Positions 50,571 through 63,120 of a stretch of 64,000 bases of DNA are shown in pieces. The stretch's first letter is position 1. Each line of letters opens with the position of its first letter. Where the stretch lies: assembly GCA_965644295.1 (NCBI GenBank), contig CBFFRP010000080.1, forward strand, positions 124,001 through 188,000, read 5' to 3'. Source of the DNA: Paraphysomonas bandaiensis (taxonomy: Eukaryota > Protista > Chrysophyceae). The position numbers and the translations under genes were made by a program. The notes under the pieces were generated by a model. The model saw only the letters and a program-made list of their open reading frames with translations. It was not told the origin of the DNA and made no database searches.

Positions 50571-53500
50571 ATGTTACATTCGAAGAGAGAGCAAGCCATT
50601 CGTGCGGATAACGAGAAATTCAATGATAATATTGCCGAAATGAGGTTAGAAAGGGAAAAATGCGTGATCGGGGCGCAGGAAGTATCGGAGGGCCTCATGA
50701 ATATTGAAAAGGCGTACCACGATGAAAGCTATGATGTGGCTCTTGCAAGTGAGACTGGTCAAATGGAAAAGCTATTGAGCACAGTGGAGATGAATTCACT
50801 GAAGGCGTGCAGTGCATTGGAAGAAGTTAATAAAGAATTAGCAAGGTTGGCCTTTGAGCAAATGGAGTCGAAACGAACTGAAATGGAATCTGGTGGAGGA
50901 AGTCAAATTGAAGATTACATGACACCACAGGATACAGAGGCAATCCAAAGAAATGTGAAGGCTAAAATGGAAGCTGCTGCAACAAGATTGAGAGATATAT
51001 TTCTTAAAGCTAACAATCAGTACAATCATGTGCTCTCTTCATTTTCAGCATCTCACGATCAGCAGGAGGAGGGTGATGATGATGAGAGACGCCAGCTAGC
51101 TCTTGTACCTGCTTTACAAAAGAAAATTAAAGATCTTAGACGAGATTTAGAAGCTGCAGAGGCAAAGGCGCGATCTATAACAGTACAGAGGTGACTTGGC
51201 TGCTGAATATTTTATTGTTAAATTTTATATAATGACAGAACTGCGGATTTAAACAAAGCTAAAGAAGAAAAACTTCGATACGAAAAAGAAACACAGAAGC
51301 TTCTTCTAAAACTTCAACTCTCTGAGAGTAAGAAACGGTTTCACGAGCAAATGGGTCGAGATGAGAATCATTCAACGGTAATAATTAGCCCCATGGAGCA
51401 CGAAGAGCTTCAACGAGTATGTGAAGAACTCAAGAACCAAATAGTACATCTTGAAGAAGACACCAAAAACAAGCATCAAACTATACTCCAACTGACGCAA
51501 GATGTGGCCTCTGCTCAGTATACCTTGCAGAACAGCGATCATACTAAAGTGAAACTACAACAAAAATGCGATGAGCTCCAGAAAAAGGAACACATTGCAC
51601 AAGAGAGAGCCAACGAAGCTATTGAGCAGTGTAATGAAAAGATGGCTGCGTTAGAGAAAAGTCTAGAGGAAGAGTTGCGCGAGTCGCGCTACAAGATTAA
51701 GGATCTGGAAAATCTTAAGAAAGATAAAGCTCGTCTCCTTGCTCAAGTTTCATCTATGGAAGAAGAAGAAAAAAAATTTCGTCTCCAGAGTAAGGAGTTC
51801 ATGCAGCAGCTAAGTGATGCACGGGAACGGATATCTCATTTGGAGGAACAAATTACGGACCAAGAAAATGAATACGCTGCCAGTCTTGAAAAGCTCGAAT
51901 CTAAATCGTTGAAGAAAGCTAAAGAAGAAATTAAGAAGTCGCGAAGTATGGAAGAAGACCAATTTGAGGTAGTGAAAAGGGAAAACGACTCTTTGAAGAG
52001 CAGTGTGCAAACTCTATCAGATGAGATGAAAAAAGTCATTGAGAGCTTGGATCGAAATGTGGAGACAGACTTTGAGCGTTTAGAGCTGCAAAATATGAAA
52101 CTCGTTGGGTTAGAAAAGAAAGTACGCAATCTCAAACTTGCTCTAGCAAAGCAACGTGAAAAGGAGCGTGATATTGTTGACTCCATAGTGCAAGGACATC
52201 GTGCAGAAAACCAAATGCTGCGAAATCAATTGGAAGGGGCTTTAAGTTCAGCTGCAGCTGTTGGAGTGAGTGAACCTGACTTCAGCAGCGAAAGTACTGT
52301 TAGCTCAGAACCTACTCTTCAAATTTCCCAGAAACAACTTAGCAATCAGAGGCAGAAGCTTAAGGGTAAAGCGTCCGTACCTGTTGATGAGACTGTTGCA
52401 GTTAAGATCTCGCCTAGAGTCGAGCAAAGTGAAGATAACGCTGTGAGTAGCGAAGTTATAGTAAATGCAGAGCAGTATGATTCTCAAAAAGCTGTTGATA
52501 TGGTTTCTGCGGCTGTTCAAACTGATGATGTTGTAATTGTTCACAGCAATGACCCTGTAGAGTCTGTGCGTCATAATTCATCAGAAGAGCCTGCTGAAAA
52601 GCACTCAAATACGCCCAATTCTGGTGCGAGAGGTGATAACGTCATTCAATGTGCTAATGATTTGGAGGCAAAGCTGAATGAAAGTGGAAACATAGATATA
52701 GAAGCGGCGACATATGCAGACGAATCTGTTTCGTCCAAAGTTCATCACGAAGATGGTGTAGTGAGTAGCCAAGTATATACGGAGTCTGAGAGCCAAAGTC
52801 ACTCCATAATTCAACACGATGAATCACCAACGATAGAGTCCAGGCCTTGCACACACAGCTACAAATCGCACAGTGGAGAGCATACAGTATTGAATGAAAA
52901 TATGTTGGAGATAAAGGAGTTGCCTACACAGGAAGGGAGCAAAGCTTGTCAGCTATCTGGAGGTCAAGTGGCAGACATTATTAAAGGTGTTGTGACTAAC
53001 AGACTAAGCCGCAGCTTTGGTGAGGGTGGTGATGACACCATATCCAATGAAATGACGAAACCGTTGCGCGAAGAGAATGCAGAGAACATTTACAAGAGTA
53101 AAATTGTTGATTTGTTTCTTGATCCTAATGGGCTATTATCGTCGGCGGTGGTTGCTTCTGCAGCAAGTTGTGGCAATGTTTCTGGTATTGAAGAATATGT
53201 CTTGTCGTGTCTCATGACTATGGAGAGGGGAATAGCTGCATACAATTTAGCTGTCGGGTTAGATGATATCAAGCGTCGACTGGCAGATAAAGATTATGTG
53301 ATCCATCAAGAAGAATCGTCCTCAGTAACAACTGCAGATAAATGTGTCCAATCTGAGGACTCCCTTTCGTCCCCATTAGAAATTTGTGCATCAACTAGCG
53401 GTGCTGATAGTGAACCCGCATGTGTAGATGTTGAAATGACATCTTCCAAAGGAGGAGATACACACGATGAAATCGATGGTTCTCACGCGGACGCTGATGT

Positions 53501-56500
53501 AACAGGCGCAGATTTAGACGACACCTTTGATGCTGATGGGGAGAGTCATGACGGTAGTGCAATCAAGGTTGTTGGGTCAGAAAGTGGTGTTTTAGAAGTT
53601 GAGTTTAAACCACAAAGTCCTCGACCGAATGACAATGACTACAATATTCGCGGTAATACCGAAGAATGTGTTGATATCGAAATAGGTCGCAGATTAAGTA
53701 AACTTGACAGCAATGATGAAACCGATGCGCGTAGTAGTGAGAATGATGAACTACGCGACAAACTATCTGCAGCCGAAGAAGAAATATCGCGACTAAATGC
53801 AGAGCTCAGAGAACTTAGAGTATCTCACGAATCAATTTATGACCAGCTTCAGAAATATATCGCTGATAAAGACGGCAATAGTGACAGTGGTCACACAATT
53901 GAGATTGAGCATAAAGCCAGCGAGAGCAGCGGGAATACTGCAAAATCTGGTTTTGATCCATCTAAGTACCTTGCAATGGCATCTGCAGACTCACAAGAAA
54001 AACCTAGCAAGAAGCGAAATAGAGCATCAATTTTATTAGAATTGAGTCGTTCTCCTTCTATTGACAGGTCGCAAACGAGCTCTAGCAGGCCGTTACATAT
54101 TGGATCTCCGCGAAGTCACAAGGACCAGATTCAACCGCCACAAACAATTAACTTTTCTGCAGATGATGATGATATATCAGCATTGGGTGAAGATTTTGAA
54201 TTAGAAACTGCGTCACTTGGAAGCACCGAACCTGGAGAGGAAAGTGCTGTTGTAACAGAAGAGAGAAAAAGGCTAAAAGATTTACTGTCTGTTGATGATG
54301 CGGAATCGATTGGAATGATTAAAAGTGAAAATTTTGATCGGTTGAGAAATGGCCCTTTCGGTGGAGACGATGTTGTAGTATTAACGAGGTTAGAGTTTTA
54401 CAACAAAACTATCAGTGACGAAAACGACGCATTGCAACAACCGTGTGATGTGGAGTCTAAAGGATCTCGTTATATTCCTGGTTCCAAATTGTCAAATTTG
54501 TCTCCAACAAGAAAGAAAAATGTGACGAAGACTAAGATACTTCAGAGAGCAGCCGAAGTAGAAATATTGGCCCAGCGTTCATTGGTCTTAAAAAATTATT
54601 CAATTGAAGAATTAGTTAAGTTTCTAAGTGCAACGGAGGCTACACTCTTGAAATTGAGCACTTTTGGTGTGTGGAAGCGACTGCAACATGCTGCCCAGGG
54701 AGGGTTATTTCACGATATTCTTGTTGTTCATAGAGATTCTCTCAATCGATGTATTGCTGCGGCAGGTGGATACCAGAAGGCTTTACTCAATGTGCAAATT
54801 GAGAACGATTTAGAGTCAGATACTTCATTTTGGCCGGATTTTTTCCGAGTGAAAGTGTTGGAATATTACAGAAAAGAACTTTTGAATATTCAAAAAATGA
54901 ACACCACGGAAGTAGCTGATCTAAATAGCACTATTGATAAACTTCGTGAAGATTTGAAGTACGAAAAGGAATGTATAATCCAAGAGCGGGCATGGGCTTT
55001 GAAGGAAATATCTGCAATGAGTGTGCATCTCCAAAAGCGCCTCACAATGGTAAGGGGATCGTCAGTTTTCAATGATATGGATTTGAAAGACATATCGGAA
55101 GCTCTTCCCCTGGATGATGATGAAGATACAGAAGAAAAATCTCCTACAGATGCACAGTCTGAAACAGTGGACAGTCGAAAACCCAAGAAGAAGGTTGTAT
55201 TTGCAGACCCTACAGGACTAGGCTTCGCACCACGCCTGTATGAACAAGAGAGTTCCTTTTACTTAAAGGCCAAGGAAATTGAGAGGAGCTTGAAGGCGAA
55301 AACATTTTTCAAAAAAGTAATCAATAGCCGAATGCTTCTCTCATCGTTTCGTAAATCTAGTTCTGTTGTCAGTGATGAACCTAGTGGATTGTTTACGCCT
55401 CGTAGTGCCGCAGAAGAATCAAAGTCAACTGTTGACCAGGAACCGGACCCTATTCATTCATCAGCTGTTACACCGAAGTCATCGTCGGATGAAATAAATA
55501 TACAACCCAGCAAATCACCGGAGCCTAAGCCCGTTCCCATTATTAATACATCACAAGATGAAGCTGAAGCTACTGTCGAAGATACCTCGAACAACAACGT
55601 ATTCGCAGATGACGACGTCGATGCTAGTAACAATACTATAGATGACAATGAAAATGACAATGAAGTTGCAGAAGGGGATGACTATGATGACGAATGTTCA
55701 GAATATGAAACAGAGGTACCGTCATCAGAGTACGACCCAAACGCGGAGCCGTTATTGCCTTCCCAAATGCTGAAGCGGCAAGATTCTAGAAAAATTGAAA
55801 AAGTGGTAATTAATGTAGCAGTACTTCAGTTACAGCTTCAAGAAATTGCTCTCGCTATTTACAAATATAGGAGCGAGAGTGCTGTGGTGCTTGCGCAAGC
55901 ACTGACATCAGTTTTATTCAATTGGGACAAAGCCGAGACCACTGTAACGTCACTGACAGCCTGTCTGACATTGTGTCGACCAGACTCTGAGGATGTGAAA
56001 TGTATCAATTCACTGAGGGAGTTCGCAGAATCATCTTCTAGTAATATGAAGCTCAGTGATCTTATGCATGCACGAGACACTCTTTTGGATGCCATTCAAT
56101 TTTACGAAGCTAAAACAGGATCAGGACATCGCAAAAGGACAGCATCTTTGGTATCAATTGACGACACACACCTTGATACGGATGAACCTCGGTCAAGGCC
56201 AAGAAGTCCGGTTGATAAGCGTGTCGGTGGAGCAAGTACGCAGAGTGGTCAAATCTTATGTCAGAGTTGTGCGGGGTTAATTACGGGATCAAAATCAAAC
56301 TCTCCCTTAAAAAGTAGTTCATCTCCCCGACGGCAGAGCCCGCGTTCTCCTTCTGGATCTGCTACTTGTAGTTCTGGTTTCTCTTCACGATCTCGCAGTC
56401 CCTCTCCTCAGAGAGGAAGAAAGAATGTTATTGTGACTAGTTCTGGAAAAGCACCGTCAGAATCGAGAAAAAGGAAACCCTCTCGTCCAGAAAAAATAGT

Positions 56501-59500
56501 TGAGGTTATCAAAAAGACGGTAGATACAGATGACAAAGCATGTCAGACGGAGTCCAATGAAGAAGTGGTAGTGACGTTTCAGCCAGACGATGAGCCGTCG
56601 CATGAGTTAACCAAACTTGGAAGCGTTGATCAGTCTTATTCTGACCCTGGAAGTATAACTGGAGACGTATTTCTTGTCAAGCTTGTTGGTAATTTATGGG
56701 ATATAATTGACAAGGATACTCAAACTGTTGTGGAGCCTTTTAACAATTTTGGTGTCGAAATCAGCCCTGGTGTGCGAATGGTTTCTAATTATTTCCTATT
56801 CACACCAGAACCTGAAATCAATCCAGTCGATCCAGATGGTCCACCATTGAACGATGGACAGCTGGAGATGAAACGGCTTCCGCTTGGAGTTGTTCTTGTC
56901 CGCAAAAGAAAACCTGGTACTTTACTGTTTAAAGGAATTATTGAGTGGAACAGTTGGGATGAGTTAGGTGTACCTGCACCTACGTTACCTGACGACATTA
57001 TTGCTGTTGAAATCCCACCGGTTTTAGATCTCACTCCTTCTGTTCAATTATATTCAGGAGGGTTCATGAGCTACGCGGTCGAAATTCCTCCAGATGTATG
57101 GTTTATCAGTGTTCAGAGATCGGAAGAGAAGAGTGATCCGAAAACGTACTTCGGTGAACTTGATGTGCTCATTCCTCCTGGATTTGTTATGGTCAAACTC
57201 TCAGAATCACTTGTTATATCAGCAGACTTACATAAACGCCTGCCTGTTGGTGTTACCTTAGCTGAAGTTACGCCACATAAATTAGTCCAACTCTGTGGTC
57301 GGTATGCCTCCCTCCCAACTGGCGTACTTCTTAGCCCTGGTGTTATGGTTGCTACTGCTGAATGTTCACCTCCTCCAAAAAAAGAGCGAGTGTCATTTCC
57401 TCCAAATGCTGGATTTTATGAACCGCCGGCTATTGAGGGCTCTTCCCCTGATAGTGAAAAGGAAGATCAGAAACTGATACCCCTCACACTTCCTCCTGGT
57501 ATAATTGCTGTTTACATAGATGATGACGCCGTATTACCTTCTTTTCTCAAACCGTTAAAGGTTGAAGGAGAACCTGTTGAAGTAGATGTGGATCAGGTGG
57601 ATATTGATGCAGAGAGTGATGCTACAGCCTTTATGTGCAAGGCCAACATCGTTGTATTGCAGTGCCCTTCAAATTTAACTTTACCACAAGGAGCTTTGTT
57701 GATAAAGCGCCCTCATAGTATAAATGGCATTCCGCGCCCCTTACCACCCGGTATGTCTCTGTGTCCACCCTCATTGATACCAAAGAGGTTATCTTTGAAA
57801 GACAGTGTTGAGATTGTTTGCCTTACTCCAATATACGAGATTCCAGCTGGCACGAAAATTACTTCCGAGGCGACAGTTTATCCACGGCCTCTCGATATGA
57901 GACTACCTCACGGCACTGTATTGGTTCGTCGATTACCTGGTGCACATATACCTGCTGGTATAACTCTAGAGCCGATGCCTGACATACCGTATGGCGCTTA
58001 TGTTCCAAATGAGATTGAACTTTGGGGCTTGCCACATGGAATTCGGTTGCCTGCCGGTGCGGAATTTGCTGAAGGCTTGGTTGTATCAGATTTCACTCCA
58101 CAGCTTGCACCTGGACAAGATTTGCAAAATGGAATTTATTTCATTACCAGAGATCCATCTTTAAAAGGTACTGACCTTCCTGCTGGTATGGAGCGAGCAC
58201 TCAAACAACATCTTCCATCTGGATGCTTACTTCCTCCTGGGGTTGAAGCTGTACGTATCCGGCCGCGCTATGAAATACCAGCGGGAGTTCAAATTCAGGC
58301 TGGTGCAATGTTAGGTAACGATATGCAACTTCCTCCTGGGTCTGAAGTACTTCCCAACATAGAAGTTGTGCAGTGGCCACAAGGAATGTTTTTACCTCCT
58401 AATATTGAACTGGTGCGTAGAATTGACAGGTCTGTTGGTCTCCCATGCGATATTGTGGTGGTGCAAGAAAATGCTGATGAGTTTAAAGCGATTGAGTTTT
58501 CAAAAGTAAACAATACACCGCCACGGGGTTGTTTCTTTATTCGCTTACCGCACAAAGTTAATATTCCGACGTCGCTAGAGTTAGCGGATCGCTGCATGGT
58601 TGTGGAGTTGAGTAACCCAGATTCATCATCTGATTACAGCAACGATAGAATGTTAAAGGAATTGAACCTTCCAGAAAATGTCGTCGCAATTAAGCGAGTG
58701 CAGCCTTCAGTTGCGAGTAAGCAATTTGTATCAGCAATGGCTAACACTCCGCTCCCACCGGAGTTTACTCCGTATCCATCGTCGCTTTTACCTAAGAATG
58801 TTCACTTACCTCTGGGTGTTGAGCTTGTTAGCGTTCATCCTCACTTTGAACTTCCCGCTGGAGCAATTATCAAAGGCGGTTTAATTGTTCGAACACGTGT
58901 ATGTGCTTTCACTATACCTTCCGAGCTCACAGTGATGGAGCGCATTAGCATAGACACACCAGCCTCATTACCAGAAGGGGTTGAACTGTATCCCAATTCG
59001 GACTCAAGCGGTGGTTTAAGTGGGTACCTTATTACAAGGATTAACGATAACGTAGTGTCCTGGGGGGAAGGATTTGAAGAGATGGACCCTGTGACACCAC
59101 AGCAGTCAATGCCCCACCTTCCTGAAGGGTACTTCCTCATTAACACGACAAAACTTGGAAATGGCACTGCAACTTTACCTGAAGCTTTAGAGATAGTGAC
59201 CGAGAATTTACCTACGTTAACTCATTATCAGTCCCTGCCTCGAGGTCTTGCGATTGTAAGATTGAAATCTAGAATATATTTGCCATACGGCATCAGAATA
59301 TCAAGTGTAGCCGCAATTCCACCCAAGATACAACTATGTCCGGGTGATATTGTGGGAACTCCTCACACCGAAGTTGGTTTTGGATCTGTTGGTTCCTGTT
59401 TTGACCCCTCCAAGTTATCTGTGTTAACATCAGACGACCCCGGTATTTCAATACCCGATCGTGCTGTAACATTGAAGCAAGACGAACAAGACTTAACGAA

Positions 59501-62132
59501 CTCAGATATACCTCCCCTTCACTGTCGTTTGAAAAATTGGTTCAAGCAGCAACGTCTGAGTACAATTGGAGTTAGTTGTCGTGGTCACGGAAACATGATT
59601 CAGGGGGTTATTCCCGCGCCAAGTTCGCAATACGCTGATTTGGCTGAATTAATACTCTCTCGATCTCCAAGTAGATGCCATTCCAGAACTTACAGAAGCC
59701 GCCCAACGAGTAAAACTGGCAGCAAAAGTGGTGATGTTGACGAAGTAAAAAGTGCCATTTTACCAAACGAATATGAAAATGACCTGCTTATTGCAAGCGA
59801 GCAAATAGAGAAACTTAATGATAAGCTGGATGATGCGGAGAAAGAGAATAGAATTGCTCGCAAGACGATTGACATGGGAATAAAAGATCTTGACATGGCC
59901 AAAGCTAGGTGTGAGCGTTTGGAGAAAATCAGAGATGAAATGACCGAGGAGCTTAACACTGTACAAGCAGAGCTCAGTGCGATGAAACAGCGAGAAAAGA
60001 AAGATGATGCTGCTGCTCGTATCAGGATTACAGATCTGACACAACAAAATCGTGTGCTTCAATTTACTGTAAATGAGCAAGAGGATGTTATTAAAGATTT
60101 AAAAGTAAGGGTCTCTCATATGAAAGCCACTGGAATGACTCGTGCGGATTCTCAGAAGCTTGAAAAGCAGCATGCCGAAAACATAAGTGTTGCAAGAGAA
60201 GATGCCCTTAACGAATACAGAAAACTGCTCAAAATTTCTGTTCGAACTGCTTTTCACTTAGTTAAGGCTGTAGTATCTGCTGCCGAAAAAGATAGACACT
60301 CACTGACCTTTTCGGTGAAGCGAGCGGGTCAAGATTATGACCCACTCTCGGGATACTTCAACCCAAATTCCGACGAAATATCGCAACTAACAATAGACGA
60401 TGATGACATGTCCCTCAATAGTAGTATTGTGGATATGGAGTCAACTGACACATCTGCTGATCGTGAGTCATTTGCGCACTCGAAGCCAGTTTCTACGGAA
60501 AGCTTCAAGGTTTCTCCCGCGCTTGTAAGCCTCTCCAATAGTCTACCGACAGATTATTCGAAATCGTCGAAATCGCAGCCGAACTTTCGAGTTGGCACCG
60601 CTAAATTGAGCTCGGGAGGTGGCATGAGTACAGGCCGACTTGTTGGTAAAAAACGCCTTATCAAACCTTTGATAAAGAAAAACCAATTGCCAGTGGCCTC
60701 TGTAGATGAAACCCCACTGTATGCGTTGGCTACAAGTATTGTAGACAGTATCTATGATTCGTCCTCAATGGGAAGTAATAACTCTGGTACAAGGTCTCGC
60801 AAGGGAAACCATTCAAAACCTGCGGTCTCAGTTAGTGCAACGTCTCGCTCAATCGCTAGTGCTGGTTCAGGTCCTTTCATTACAGCTTCGTCTAAAGGTT
60901 TGGTTGCCAATAAAAGTGTCAATATAGCAGGCGGGGAGCCTCGATCTTCCACAATTACCATCGATAGGGAAAAAGAGTTTCCGCAGGGATCTATTCTATC
61001 GCTTGAGCTTTTAGAGCCTGAGGTTCGGATACCAGTGGCTGGTATCTCCGATAATACGGATAAGAAATTTAAATTTGATGACATCAATCCGGAAAAATTT
61101 ATTTCTGATCTCGAGGGCACGTATCATTTAGTTCGACAGGAAGGGAAGTCTTCGGGAAGTCATTATGTTGTAGACAGTGCAACAGCTGACTCGATAGCGT
61201 CGGAATGGTTAAAAAATGCAGTTGCTATTACAATCAGTGCCATTTCAACTACGCTGGGTAATTACGTTTCTGCCTTTCATTTGATTGAATCTGAAGTTGA
61301 TTGCCACATTGCGGAGAGGAAGCGGCTACATAAAAAGTTAAAGCACATAGAAGGAATGTACAATGATGTTGTCAGCAACGGGGATGTACCACTTGAGAAA
61401 CGAATGCAATTTCGATTAGATGAATTGAATAAAAGTCTATGTCAACTTTATGTTCACTCTGAAAACATGAGGCGTATGTCTCACGAAACTGTACTTGAAG
61501 TGATTAAAGCGAAGAGTGCGGAGGTAGAGGACTTGTCGGAGCAAGAACGAAGGTTGCGATTGAGCTCTATGGTTGTTAAGAAAAAGGCAATGGCCGAAGA
61601 AGTTCGTCTAAAACGCAGTGACTTTGATGAAAACGACAGAATTGCGCTGACGCATTATATTGATTCCCTGCGTAAACGTGGGACTATATTGCTGGAGAGG
61701 GCAGAAACTGTGAGGTCTCAATGCGCATGTGTATCTGCATCTATCAAGAAAGAACTTGAGGCCTTTGAAGGTGCTGTGCAAAATGTAATGCCACCTAACA
61801 TAATTACGAAAGTTCTTCAGTGGGGCATAGTTCATTCCCAACGGGCTGTACGAGATCCGCATGTGCAAAATGGAACTGGCGCAGTAGGTGCCGCACCAAG
61901 AGCAGAAACTGCAGTTTCAACTGACGGGAAGCAACCGACCTTATCATTGGTAAAGTCCTCACCATCATTAGCTGATCAAATGCTTCCTGTAATGCCTGCT
62001 GAAGAGGTTAGACGAAATCAAACCAGTCGCCATCGCAATCAAAATAAGCTTCCGTCGTTGAAACCTGATCCATTCAATCGTTATTTTACATCAAGCTCGG
62101 AGATCGGGCAGAAAAAATCAGATAAAAAATAA
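50571..62132 (+). CDS. Giant (~3,840 aa) coiled-coil protein with a central Pro/Gly repeat domain
   Basis: Exon 50571-51190, a 48-nt intron at 51191-51238, then one open exon 51239-62132. Heptad E/K/L-rich segments at both ends, acidic and Ser/Arg-rich linkers, LPxG repeats at about 56760-59470. Confidence 0.9.
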
Positions 62133-62664
62133 TTCCTTGCCTTCGTTTGCAAACTTAGGATAAGAATTCAGCCTTGCGCGAAAATGTTATATGTATTCCA
62201 TATCCTTATTTTCTGTCTGTAAATTAATAGAAAGTATGACAATACGAAAGAATTAGTTTATTCGCTTGTATTCACAATATACCAACAGCTTGGAGGTATT
62301 TGATACCGCAACAAAGATATATGTTAAATTCACATAGCTTATATAAGCGTTCGAGTTATAACAAAATTTTAATTTGAGGTACGTTTCAGAACTTTTCCCC
62401 TGAGTTCTTTTCTACTTTTAGTAGCGAACACTGGAATCGTCGGTTTAGTCAAGCATCTACTTTAACCTTTAACATTGTTATACATTGCGTAGTATGAATC
62501 AAAACTAATTATGCAAGCTGGTGAGAATGCAGTTTTACCAGATATTGTAGTAACAATAGCATACAAGGGATAAGACGTGACGAGTGCTGCAGGGGAAATA
62601 TTTGAAATGACTGGAGATTCAGGTGAATCTGACGCAGGTAATTGACCTCCTCCTGCAATTATCC

Positions 62665-62914
62665 CTCGCATCTTTTCGTGGTGTTCTGGGAGATAAGTAC
62701 AGGAGATATTTCTCTGTTAAACTGACGTGAGCCGCATATATAGTCAGCAGATACTGTTCTTCCCACTCCTAACCAAGTATTTGTGTGGTACAAGGGACAC
62801 AAGTAAGTGTCACTTGTGTAGACGTCTTTGGGCCCTGATGAATAGACAGGCATCTGGGAAAGGGTCCACTTCAATGTCATCCAGGACTGGGCCCACCTGA
62901 AGTTAAGCATCCAG
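62665..62914 (-). repeat. Dispersed repeat family A, copy 4
   Basis: Matches 46361-46570 directly and 16795-17070 in reverse complement. Confidence 0.8.
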
Positions 62915-62931
62915 GCTGCACTACATAGTAG

Positions 62932-63120
62932 CGCTATCAGATTTAAACACGTGTTAGTTAAATTGCTATGCTACATTAGTTCTGACTCTTAAACGTCAAT
63001 TGCTAATAATCAGACATTCATTGCCTAGTAGGATACGAGAGTTAAGATCGTGTTAGTTAAATTGCAATGCTAAATGAGTTCTGACTTAAAAAGTCAATTG
63101 CTAATAATTAAAAAATTCAG
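62932..63120 (+). repeat. Two tandem ~98-bp units of repeat family C
   Basis: GTGTTAGTTAAATTGC.ATGCTA...GTTCTGACT...GTCAATTGCTAATAAT is repeated at about 62951 and about 63049. Confidence 0.8.

Noticed and set aside
51810-61868. Many antisense and alternate-frame ORFs over the giant gene and other genes
   Set aside because: Shadow ORFs of real coding sequence with no independent motifs.
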